Shown in pieces: positions 1-7,974 of a DNA stretch of 64,000 bases. Below the pieces are notes generated by a model that saw nothing but the letters and a program-made list of their open reading frames with translations, was not told where the DNA came from and searched no databases. This DNA comes from a virus (Duplodnaviria > Caudoviricetes), in the IMG/VR virus record IMGVR_UViG_3300032301_001148, positions 1 through 64,000 of that record, one strand, 5' to 3'. How positions within the stretch are numbered: position 1 is the stretch's first letter; each line of letters starts with the position of its first letter. Position numbers and translations under genes: made by a program.

Positions 1-1
1 A

Positions 2-1669
2 GGCTTAGACGTAAACAGCCAAAAAGTAACTAACGTAGCAGCTGGTACAGTTAGCACCGATGGCGTAAACTACGGTCAATTAACCGGTTTATCAAGCAGC
101 GTAAAAACATACGTTGATGCAGGCGATGCATTATTACAAGGTAACTTAGATAGCGTTTCTGGCGCAATGAAGTCTTACGTAGATGCACAAGATACAGCAT
201 TGTCTGGCGCATACAACACCCGTATTAACACTTTATCCAGCTCTGCTGCAACAGCATTAGGTGTAGAAAGAGCACGTGCATTGGCTGCAGAAGCAGTATT
301 AAGCGGCAACTTGGCAACTGAAGTAGCCAACCGTATTGCAGCAGATACAGCATTGTCAAGCGCAATGAAGTCTTATGTTGATGCTGCAGACGGCGTATTA
401 GATGCAAGAATCAGCAGCGTTTCCGGTGCAATCAAGACATACGTTGATGCAGCAGATGGCGTATTACAAGGAAACTTGGATGCAGTTTCTGGTGCAATGA
501 AGTCCTATGTAGACGCACAAAACGGCGCACAAGACGCAGCTGTAGCAGCAATGTCTGGTGCATTCAAGACTTATATTGATGCAGCAGATACACAAATGGA
601 CACCGATATGGGCTTAGTTTCAAGCTCATTAAAGTCCTATGTTGATGCACAAGATGCAGCTGACGCAGCAGCATGGGCAGCAGCAGATTTAGCACAATCT
701 GGCGCATTTGATGTACGTTTAACACGCAATGAAGGTGCATTTTCTACCTTAGTAAGCAGCTCCTTGCCAGCAATGTCTGCTTCTATCTCAGGCACAATCG
801 TAGCAGAAAAGACCCGTGCATTAGCAGCAGAAGCAGTATTATCTGGTAACTTAGCAGCAGAAGTTACTGCACGTACAGCAGCTGTATCAGCTGAAGCAGC
901 AGCACGTGTAGCAGCAGATAACACATTGCAAAGCAACATCACTGCAGAAGCAACTGCACGTGCTGCAGCAGACGCAGCATTAAGCAGCAGCCTTGCAGGC
1001 GAAATCAGCCGTGCAATTGGCGTAGAAGGTGGTTTAAGCAGCAGCCTCGCAGCAGAAATTAGCCGCGCAACTGCCGCAGAAGGCACACTCCAAAGCAACA
1101 TTAACGTAGAAAAGGGTCGCATTGACGCTATCCTATCTGCTTCAAGTGCTGACTATGACACCTTCAAAGAAGTAGTTGATTTAATCAACAGCGTTGATGC
1201 AACAAACGATAGCGCATTTGCTGGCTATGTAATAAGCAACAATGCAGCAGTTTCTACTCTTTCAGGCGCATTAAACACAAAGATTGCTGACGAAACAACC
1301 CGCGCTCTAGCAGCAGAAGCAGCATTGTCAAGCGCATTAGCACAACAAATCAGCAGCAGCAATGCTACTGATAATGCAGTAAGAGCAGCATACGATGCAT
1401 TACGCTTCGTACAAACTGGTTCATTGTCCAGTGGTGCAGTAGTTGTTTCCTTCGCAGCACAAGGTGCAAACTTTGCAGTTGCAGAAATGGGTAACATTGC
1501 ACTAGACGTAATGGTTGATGCAGATGGCACTGGTTACACCAACGACTTGGTAGCAGTTAAGATGTTCTCTGATGGCGGCGTATTGAAAGTACAAATTGAC
1601 GCTCCAGCAACACCAACCGCTGGTTACCGCTTAATCGCAGTAAATGAAAAGAAGGGCGGTTTAAACTAA
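2..1669 (+). CDS. Long fibre/adhesin-like virion protein, 5'-truncated by the window edge
   Basis: The frame is open from base 2, upstream of the track's ATG at 167. It reads KVTNVAAGTVSTDGVNYGQL (YadA/trimeric adhesin neck-type motif), then repeated MKSYVDAxD and RALAAEAVLSGNLA coiled-coil units. The C-terminal ~90 aa domain is shared with three downstream ORFs. Confidence 0.7.
   Translation, partial: GLDVNSQKVTNVAAGTVSTDGVNYGQLTGLSSSVKTYVDAGDALLQGNLDSVSGAMKSYVDAQDTALSGAYNTRINTLSSSAATALGVERARALAAEAVLSGNLATEVANRIAADTALSSAMKSYVDAADGVLDARISSVSGAIKTYVDAADGVLQGNLDAVSGAMKSYVDAQNGAQDAAVAAMSGAFKTYIDAADTQMDTDMGLVSSSLKSYVDAQDAADAAAWAAADLAQSGAFDVRLTRNEGAFSTLVSSSLPAMSASISGTIVAEKTRALAAEAVLSGNLAAEVTARTAAVSAEAAARVAADNTLQSNITAEATARAAADAALSSSLAGEISRAIGVEGGLSSSLAAEISRATAAEGTLQSNINVEKGRIDAILSASSADYDTFKEVVDLINSVDATNDSAFAGYVISNNAAVSTLSGALNTKIADETTRALAAEAALSSALAQQISSSNATDNAVRAAYDALRFVQTGSLSSGAVVVSFAAQGANFAVAEMGNIALDVMVDADGTGYTNDLVAVKMFSDGGVLKVQIDAPATPTAGYRLIAVNEKKGGLN
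164..870 (+). repeat. Degenerate intragenic coding repeats
   Basis: gcaatgaagtc(t/c)ta occurs at 164, 362 and 494. A ~50-nt unit cgtgcatt(g/a)gc..gcagaagcagtatta..gg.aactt.gca..gaagt occurs near 275 and 815. At protein level there are about seven K(S/T)Y(V/I)DA units. Confidence 0.8.
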
Positions 1670-1700
1670 TATAATCTTTCCGCAAGGTTAGATTAAGGGG

Positions 1701-1730
1701 AGGGGGGCAGAAATGCCCCCCTTTCTGTTT
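1701..1730 (+). terminator. Rho-independent terminator
   Basis: Stem aggggggca / tgcccccct with a GAAA loop and T-rich tail, just after the stop at 1669. Confidence 0.75.
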
Positions 1731-1742
1731 AATAGATTAAAA

Positions 1743-1750
1743 ACTAATTA
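1743..1750 (+). promoter_or_regulatory. Candidate late-promoter motif ACTAATTA
   Basis: One of a recurring intergenic ACTA(A/T)TTA set found upstream of structural operons. Confidence 0.45.
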
Positions 1751-1752
1751 GT

Positions 1753-1792
1753 ATAGAGGTCTAGGTTGGTAAAAATAGACCTCTATTTTTTT
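1753..1792 (+). terminator. Terminator-like hairpin in the leader of the second fibre gene
   Basis: 11-bp perfect stem atagaggtcta (1753-1763) / tagacctctat (1776-1786), followed by a T run. Confidence 0.6.
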
Positions 1793-1822
1793 ATCAGCCC
1801 TACGGGCAAGGAAGAAAGGAAA

Positions 1823-2338
1823 ATGGCTAATGAAAGACCATTAAAAGTTTTAACAGATTTAGTAGTAGAACAAAATATTACAGTTAGCGGTTCATCTGTA
1901 GTATCAGGCTCAGAATATTTACACACAACATCATCTTTTGTTAATGCTACTGTCTCAACATCATCTGCAGGCATGTACGATGTAGATAAGGCAATTCACG
2001 CTTTAGATACCGCTATCGGTACTTTAGGAACAAATGTTAAACAAGCATACGAAGGCGTTAGAGTAGTATTAACAGGAACATTAAATAATAACGGTAACAA
2101 AAAAATTAATTTAACATCTACTGCTCCATCAGGTTCACTTTATTTTGATACATCGTCATTAAAATTAGTAGACATTTCAGTATTACTCGCTGGTGGAGAT
2201 TTAGTATATAAAAATGATTTATTATCTGTTCAATTATATAATTCCGGCAGCGCATTGTGGGTAGAATTAGACGCTCCTGCTTCACCAAATGCCAACTATC
2301 GCTTGATTGCAGTTAACGGCGATAATTTGCCTTTATAA
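1823..2338 (+). CDS. Small fibre-associated virion protein (paralogue family member)
   Basis: ATG at 1823 has aagga upstream and is preferred to the TTG at 1766. The whole protein aligns by eye with the N-terminal ~165 aa of 2356..3987 (YKNDL...DAPA...YRLI.VN). Confidence 0.7.
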   Translation: MANERPLKVLTDLVVEQNITVSGSSVVSGSEYLHTTSSFVNATVSTSSAGMYDVDKAIHALDTAIGTLGTNVKQAYEGVRVVLTGTLNNNGNKKINLTSTAPSGSLYFDTSSLKLVDISVLLAGGDLVYKNDLLSVQLYNSGSALWVELDAPASPNANYRLIAVNGDNLPL

Positions 2339-2355
2339 TTTAAGGAGTAAACAAC

Positions 2356-3987
2356 ATGTCTAATAAAATAAGAGTTCTAACTAATATAAGCGCTAGTCAG
2401 AACATTATTGTAAGCGGCTCATCAATAATTTCTGGCTCTAAAAGCCTAGCAACAACAAGTTCTTTTAACAATGCGGCAGTTTCCACTTCATCTGGCGGCT
2501 TTTATGATATGGACATTGCTATTCATGGTTTAGATACTGGCATCACTACATTAAAAAACAACATTAAAACAGCATATAATTCTATCAGAGCTGTATTAAC
2601 TGGTACATTAGATTCTTCTGGAAATAAGAAGATTAATTTAACTTCTACAATCCCATCGGGAAGTGTCTATTTTACTACCGCTTCTTTAACTAGCGTTGGT
2701 GCATCTGTCTTAACAGATACAGAAAGCAACAATATTTATAAAAATGATTTGATTTCATTACAATTATTTAATTCTGCAAGTTGTTTATGGGCAGAAATTG
2801 ATGCTCCAGCGGCAAATAATGATTATTATAGATTAATTCTTGTTAATCACGGCTCATTCCCAATTAACAGCGGCAACACATCCGCAGGTGGTGGTGGTTC
2901 TGGTGGAGGAAGTGGAGGAGGTGGAGGTTCGGACCTATATTTATTAGTTCCCTATATTCTAAATCCAACAGGTAATTTACAAACAACTCTAAATAATCCA
3001 AGTAGCCGTCAAGGATTTTATGGTTATCCAGATTATAACGGTAATATAAAATTTACATTAAATAATTTTTCTTCATCCGTTGATACGGGAGGAATAACAT
3101 TCTATATAATACCAAATATTTATTCTGGTAGTTTAACATACGACCCAACTACCAATTTAATTAATACCGCAGGCGTTGGAAGAGTAATTACGTTACAAGG
3201 TCCAAATATAGCAAATCTTACTTTGTCTGGTGATAATATAGGTGGCGTTGAAGGTGGTGGTTATCCAACCGATTACACAAGAAATATAAACAATAATAAC
3301 ACTAACACCAACTTGCACGTACACGATGGAGTGGTAGATATAACCATCCCAGTAGGTACCGGTTCAACAGTGTATGTTGATACAGTAGGTCCAACAACAT
3401 TTAATATGGATTGGAAAGGTGGTGTTTTTAGTCCTCAACAACCATTTAGTGTTCCTACTTACATTGATTCTTATGGTGGTGGATATTATACTTTACCGAC
3501 CTTATTTACTAATGGCCAAGGTGGAAGTGTAATTAATGGTGTTACTCCTTTGAGCGGTAATCAAACTCCAAGTAATGGTAGAATCAAGTTTAATTATATA
3601 CCATTCCTTCCACGCATGGGAACAGGCTCTTATGAACCATCTGGAGTGGAATTTGATACCACACAAAACGATGGAACATTTGGGATGATAATTAATAACT
3701 GGATTCCTCCCGGCACACGCATTTTCCAGTCATCTGGTAATCCTGTATTTAATAGTTATGGTAACGTCATTACTGGTTCTGCTACAGCAATATTTGATAC
3801 TTTGTGGCTAGACCCTAATGCTACATGGACATTCCCATATGCAGTACCTTTAAATCCTAATTATGGTTCAAAAGTATTTATTGTAACTTATGATATAAGT
3901 CAAACATCAATTACTGATAATCAAAGAAATGCCATGTCATCTAGCGTTGCTCCAAAGGTAGCAGATATTTCTTGGAGATGGGTTTAA
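2356..3987 (+). CDS. Putative fibre/receptor-binding protein: conserved N-terminal module, Gly linker, unique C-terminal domain
   Basis: SD aaggag. The N-terminus is paralogous to the previous ORF, followed by a GGGGSGGGSGGGGGS linker (2887-2930) and a G/N/T/P-rich C-terminus. Confidence 0.6.
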   Translation: MSNKIRVLTNISASQNIIVSGSSIISGSKSLATTSSFNNAAVSTSSGGFYDMDIAIHGLDTGITTLKNNIKTAYNSIRAVLTGTLDSSGNKKINLTSTIPSGSVYFTTASLTSVGASVLTDTESNNIYKNDLISLQLFNSASCLWAEIDAPAANNDYYRLILVNHGSFPINSGNTSAGGGGSGGGSGGGGGSDLYLLVPYILNPTGNLQTTLNNPSSRQGFYGYPDYNGNIKFTLNNFSSSVDTGGITFYIIPNIYSGSLTYDPTTNLINTAGVGRVITLQGPNIANLTLSGDNIGGVEGGGYPTDYTRNINNNNTNTNLHVHDGVVDITIPVGTGSTVYVDTVGPTTFNMDWKGGVFSPQQPFSVPTYIDSYGGGYYTLPTLFTNGQGGSVINGVTPLSGNQTPSNGRIKFNYIPFLPRMGTGSYEPSGVEFDTTQNDGTFGMIINNWIPPGTRIFQSSGNPVFNSYGNVITGSATAIFDTLWLDPNATWTFPYAVPLNPNYGSKVFIVTYDISQTSITDNQRNAMSSSVAPKVADISWRWV

Positions 3988-4024
3988 AATAAAATTATAA
4001 TATAGTTTAGTTATTAAACTTGGG

Positions 4025-4057
4025 AAGGGGTGCAGAAGTATTGCATCCCTTTCTTTT
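4025..4057 (+). terminator. Rho-independent terminator
   Basis: aaggggtgca / tgcatccctt stem followed by tctttt. Confidence 0.65.
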
Positions 4058-4064
4058 ATCTAAA

Positions 4065-4072
4065 ACTATTTA
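4065..4072 (+). promoter_or_regulatory. Candidate late-promoter motif ACTATTTA
   Basis: Recurring motif, directly after a terminator. Confidence 0.45.
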
Positions 4073-4077
4073 TTACT

Positions 4078-4281
4078 ATGAAACGTAAAATAACTTATCT
4101 TATTAAGGATTTTGACAAGATAATGCGTGAAATATTACCACATACTGGCGATTTTCGCAAAGAAGTTATGTTGCTTAAACGCAAAGAAGAATTTGAAGAA
4201 ATTATAGATAAAATGGCTGAAAAATACGATAAAATCATTGAACTAATAGAACAAGAAAAGGAATTACCAGATGAAATATAA
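4078..4281 (+). CDS. Hypothetical protein (charged, helical)
   Basis: ORF track; the ATG at 4078 lies downstream of the terminator and motif. Confidence 0.5.
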   Translation: MKRKITYLIKDFDKIMREILPHTGDFRKEVMLLKRKEEFEEIIDKMAEKYDKIIELIEQEKELPDEI

Positions 4282-4525
4282 GTTTTCTTTTATACAAGTA
4301 ACTAATTGGTTAATGATTTGTCGTCAAAATTTAATGAAAGTTCGTGAAGAAGCTAATGAAGGATTTAAAAATAAAGAAGAAATTATAGAAAAATTAAAAA
4401 AACAAAAACGTGATTTATTATTAGTTAAAGAAATATTAAATAGAAAGATTAGACTACACGGTATTAGCCCTGATTTCCTCAAAAATTTTAAAGAAATCAA
4501 AAAAGAATACGGTATAGAAGAATAA
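4271..4525 (+). CDS. Hypothetical protein
   Basis: ORF track; overlaps the previous stop, consistent with coupling. Confidence 0.5.
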   Translation: MKYKFSFIQVTNWLMICRQNLMKVREEANEGFKNKEEIIEKLKKQKRDLLLVKEILNRKIRLHGISPDFLKNFKEIKKEYGIEE

Positions 4526-4537
4526 AGGAAATAACAA

Positions 4538-5602
4538 ATGGCCGTTCATGCTAAACCAGTTAGATTTATCTCAGACGTTTTAACTAAAAAACAAATTTTA
4601 AAAACGGATTCTGAAGACCGGGTTCTTTTTAAAGTTTCTAGTTCAAACGGCCACGGTTATGGTTGCGTTAGTTCATCTTTACCCGTAACTTCTTCTGGAT
4701 TATTTATTGATGGCGATGCATTAATAGCGGGAACATTAACCGCTAAAAGAATGCATGTTACAGAAGTTACAACTTCTGTTTATTATGAAGATGCGCTTTC
4801 TGCTTCAATAAACGCTCTACAAGATGTTTCCGCATCTAATGCCAACGTAGGCGATATGTTGAAGTGGGATGGAATAAATTGGATACCAACTAATAACATA
4901 AGTGGTAATTTTTCTGGGGTTTTAAATGGAAATTTAATAGGTACTGCTTCTTATGCTTATACCGCAAGCGTGGCTTTAAGCGCAAACAACGCTCTAAATG
5001 CGAATACCGCCAGTTATGCTTTAAATGCAGCAACAGCTGTAACTGCTTTGTACGCTGTAAATGCAGGTAATTTAATAGGTAGTGGAACAACAAACACAAT
5101 CCCGGTATTTACAAATGATACAAGTGTTGGAAATAGTAATCTTTCTTTAAGCGGTTCTACTCTTATAGCAGGAGATGATTTTGTTATATCTGGTGGTTTA
5201 TATTTTAGTAATCCATCAATTATGTCTAGTATAAGTCCCGCTCTGTCTTCTGCAACAGGATTTTATGGAGTAAACGATACCTTTAATGCTATTAATGATA
5301 AGTTTGCATTATTAATAAATAACTATGCTAAACTAAGTGAAACAATAGTTGGCAACTTTAATATTGATGGTACAAAAGATATACAATTAACTAACTTTTT
5401 AGTTTCCGATATAGAATATTTATCTGTTGATGTAATGGTGAAATATTCAGGAAGCTCACAATATATTAATGATTTAATTTCTGTGGCATTGTCTGGTAAT
5501 ATAGCTACCAATAAAGTACATGTTTTATTAAATGCTGCTTCGTTAGCTCAATTAGACACGTATAAAGTGATTGTCACCAAACAGACTGGTAGTTTATTTT
5601 AA
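4538..5602 (+). CDS. Fibre-like virion protein (fourth paralogue)
   Basis: Contains DMLKWDGINWIP and TASYA..A..A repeats typical of phage fibre shafts. The C-terminal YINDLISV...YKVIV domain resembles those of ORFs 2..1669, 1823..2338 and 2356..3987. Confidence 0.65.
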   Translation: MAVHAKPVRFISDVLTKKQILKTDSEDRVLFKVSSSNGHGYGCVSSSLPVTSSGLFIDGDALIAGTLTAKRMHVTEVTTSVYYEDALSASINALQDVSASNANVGDMLKWDGINWIPTNNISGNFSGVLNGNLIGTASYAYTASVALSANNALNANTASYALNAATAVTALYAVNAGNLIGSGTTNTIPVFTNDTSVGNSNLSLSGSTLIAGDDFVISGGLYFSNPSIMSSISPALSSATGFYGVNDTFNAINDKFALLINNYAKLSETIVGNFNIDGTKDIQLTNFLVSDIEYLSVDVMVKYSGSSQYINDLISVALSGNIATNKVHVLLNAASLAQLDTYKVIVTKQTGSLF

Positions 5603-6133
5603 ATGATTCTTGGCTTAGACATTTCAACTTCAATTACAGGAATAACCGTCCTTGATGATACAGGAGCAGTTGTTCTTTTTGATATGGTTGATATGCGTTC
5701 CAAAAAATTTACAAGCTTTTTTCTTAAAGCTGAAGCCGTAGAACGGCGGCTGGTACAACTAAAAAACACGTATAATATTGATAAAATTTTTATTGAACAG
5801 AGTTTACAAGCATTTAGGCCCGGATTATCATCTGCACAAGTTATATTGACGCTTGGAAAATTTAATGGTATAGTTAGTTGGATATGTTATAAAATTTTTG
5901 GTTTTGAACCGCAATATATTGGCGCATCAACTGCTAGAAAAGCACTTGAAATCAAAGTAGAACGTGGTCAAAACGCAAAAGAAATCGTTTTAAAACGTGT
6001 ATTAGAGCTTGAAAAAAGCTTTCAAGTTGAGTATACTCCTAAAGGTAATCCCGTAGCAGGCGCATTTGATAGGGCAGATAGCTACGTTATTGCAAAAGCG
6101 GGGTATTTATCTTGTCAGACACCAAAAAAATAG
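5603..6133 (+). CDS. ruvC: RuvC-like Holliday junction resolvase
   Basis: MILGLDISTSITG N-terminus, IFIEQ, and DRADSYVIA acidic catalytic motifs of the RNase H fold. Confidence 0.8.
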   Translation: MILGLDISTSITGITVLDDTGAVVLFDMVDMRSKKFTSFFLKAEAVERRLVQLKNTYNIDKIFIEQSLQAFRPGLSSAQVILTLGKFNGIVSWICYKIFGFEPQYIGASTARKALEIKVERGQNAKEIVLKRVLELEKSFQVEYTPKGNPVAGAFDRADSYVIAKAGYLSCQTPKK

Positions 6134-7053
6134 AAATTCTTAAGCAGATTCTCGGCGATTATTATACGTCTGGAAATGAAAAGTTATTTTTCTGTCCTAA
6201 ATGTTCTCATCACAAAAAAAAGTTATCAGTTAATGTTTCTAAAGATGTTTTTAAGTGTTGGAAATGTGATTGGTCTGGTAAAAGTATTCGTCGTCTTGTA
6301 CAAAGGTATGGTAATTATGTCCAACAAAAGACTTGGAATGAGCTTTCTGGTGTTGTTGAAATCACGGAATACGAGAAGATATTCCTCGCAGAGCAAACTA
6401 TTGAAGAAAAAATTGAACCAATCAGTCTTCCTGCGGAATTCCAGACGTTATGTAACCGCGATGTAGGTCTTTCTTCTCTTCCAGCACGTAGATATCTTCG
6501 TGATAGAGGTCTTTCTAAAGAAGATATTCTATTTTGGAAGATTGGTTACGCTGTTTCTGGAGAATATAATGGTCGTGTTATCGTTCCATCCTTCAATCTT
6601 GATGGAAAGGTAGACTATTTTATCGCCAGAACGTATGAAAATGATTGGAAGCGATATATAAATCCTCCAACTCCAAAAGATATCATATTTAATGAACTTT
6701 ATATTGATTGGAGTTCAGATATTACGATTGTTGAAGGAGTTTTTGATGCCATCAAGGCAAAAAATGCTATTCCCATCCTTGGTTCTACGCTACGAGAGGG
6801 TTCAAGACTATTTCGTGAGCTAATTCGCAACGACCCTGCAATTTATATTGCTCTAGACCCCGATGCGGAGAAAAAAGCAGAAAAATTAATCAATACATTA
6901 TTAAGTTACGATGCGGAAGTGTATAAAATAGATATTCCAGCTGGAAAAGACGTTGGAGATATGTCTCATGAAGAATTTTTAGAGCGTAAGAAGGGGGCAA
7001 AACTAATTAAAGATAGCGATTACATGCTAATTAAAAAAATAATGAGTCTTTAA
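6112..7053 (+). CDS. DNA primase (DnaG/gp61-like)
   Basis: Zn finger CPKC..H..KLSVN...FKCWKC, YLRDRG, GRVIVP, and TOPRIM motifs IVEGVFDA and LDPDA; TTG start. Confidence 0.9.
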   Translation: MSDTKKIEILKQILGDYYTSGNEKLFFCPKCSHHKKKLSVNVSKDVFKCWKCDWSGKSIRRLVQRYGNYVQQKTWNELSGVVEITEYEKIFLAEQTIEEKIEPISLPAEFQTLCNRDVGLSSLPARRYLRDRGLSKEDILFWKIGYAVSGEYNGRVIVPSFNLDGKVDYFIARTYENDWKRYINPPTPKDIIFNELYIDWSSDITIVEGVFDAIKAKNAIPILGSTLREGSRLFRELIRNDPAIYIALDPDAEKKAEKLINTLLSYDAEVYKIDIPAGKDVGDMSHEEFLERKKGAKLIKDSDYMLIKKIMSL

Positions 7054-7054
7054 T

Positions 7055-7252
7055 ATGTCCGATAATAGAAAATATGACGAAAAAACATTAATGTCGCTAT
7101 TAAAAATTATGTTAGCCGTTCGTTCTGATTTGACCGAGGAAGAAAAAGAATCTGTTATGAGGTTGGCAGAACAAATAATTAAAAAAGGCAAAAAACAAGA
7201 TTATGAAGATAAACAAATCTTTCCTGACACGGATTATAAAAGAAGAAATTAA
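7055..7252 (+). CDS. Hypothetical protein
   Basis: ORF track only. Confidence 0.4.
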   Translation: MSDNRKYDEKTLMSLLKIMLAVRSDLTEEEKESVMRLAEQIIKKGKKQDYEDKQIFPDTDYKRRN

Positions 7253-7676
7253 AAAAGTAATGTATGAAGAAGATATTGGTCCCGAAAAGGAACTAGTAGA
7301 TTTGTTTGTTCAATATCGTAATTATTTTTCTAAAAATCCAACTAAAAATAAAGATGAATTGCCAGACTTTGAAGCAATGATAAAGCAAATTGCTCCAAAT
7401 TATTCTCCTGAAGAAATTGTTCAAATGCTTCAAGGTAAGATTGACCGTCAATTATTTTCATTTATCAAAGATATACTTTTACGTGATAAAAACATGAAAA
7501 CACAAAGTGATAAACTTGATAACTATGAGATGTCTATAACTCCCGACGAGCAAAGCGTTTATCAAGTCTATAATAAGCAAGACCCAGACCCCGGCTTTAT
7601 GCGTGTTCCAAAAGATGATGAAGCATATGACCAAGAAGATGTTCGTAAGGACCGCAAAACGCTAACTCAATCATAG
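7203..7676 (+). CDS. Hypothetical protein, possible internal head protein
   Basis: N-terminus MKINKSFLTRIIKEEI resembles the N-termini of ORFs in the head module. Confidence 0.55.
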   Translation: MKINKSFLTRIIKEEIKKVMYEEDIGPEKELVDLFVQYRNYFSKNPTKNKDELPDFEAMIKQIAPNYSPEEIVQMLQGKIDRQLFSFIKDILLRDKNMKTQSDKLDNYEMSITPDEQSVYQVYNKQDPDPGFMRVPKDDEAYDQEDVRKDRKTLTQS

Positions 7677-7688
7677 GAAAATATTTTA

Positions 7689-7883
7689 ATGTCAGAACGT
7701 CCAGAAATCGGTGGAAAAAGCGAAGGTAAAAGATGCGGCGGTGCATGCAAACATAGCAGCACATATCACCAAGTAAAATGGTTTGATAAATTTACAAGCA
7801 TGTATTATTATGGTTGTTCATATGTAGATTGTAAATGCATGAATTATGTAGCAACTGATATTAATAATACAGATATACGCTAG
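7689..7883 (+). CDS. Small Cys/His-rich hypothetical protein
   Basis: SD agga; CGGAC.H...H...C...C.C pattern. Confidence 0.5.
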   Translation: MSERPEIGGKSEGKRCGGACKHSSTYHQVKWFDKFTSMYYYGCSYVDCKCMNYVATDINNTDIR

Positions 7884-7909
7884 ACATACAACAAAACTTG
7901 TAGTAACAT

Positions 7910-7941
7910 GACCGTTAAGAATACCACTTAACGGTCTTTTT
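7910..7941 (+). terminator. Rho-independent terminator
   Basis: 10-bp stem gaccgttaag / cttaacggtc followed by ttttt. Confidence 0.75.
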
Positions 7942-7956
7942 GTATCGTGATAGTGT
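7928..7956 (+). promoter_or_regulatory. Candidate sigma70-type extended -10 promoter
   Basis: TTAACG-17-TAGTGT with TGn. Same GTGnTA(C/G)WRT pattern as the sites at 43349, 46643 and 48474. Confidence 0.35.
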
Positions 7957-7974
7957 AAAGCATCTGGAGGTAGA

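Noticed and set aside
225-1530. Minus-strand ORFs of 60-161 aa opposite the first fibre gene, and similar ones throughout the window
   Set aside because: They are antisense shadows of GCA/GCT-rich or stop-poor coding sequence, with no SD, no motifs and full overlap with well-supported + strand genes.
2887-2930. G-rich tract as a G-quadruplex or regulatory repeat
   Set aside because: It is fully explained as the codons of a Gly/Ser linker.
3700-3987. Diversity-generating retroelement target at the fibre C-terminus
   Set aside because: No second near-identical template copy and no reverse transcriptase were seen in the window.
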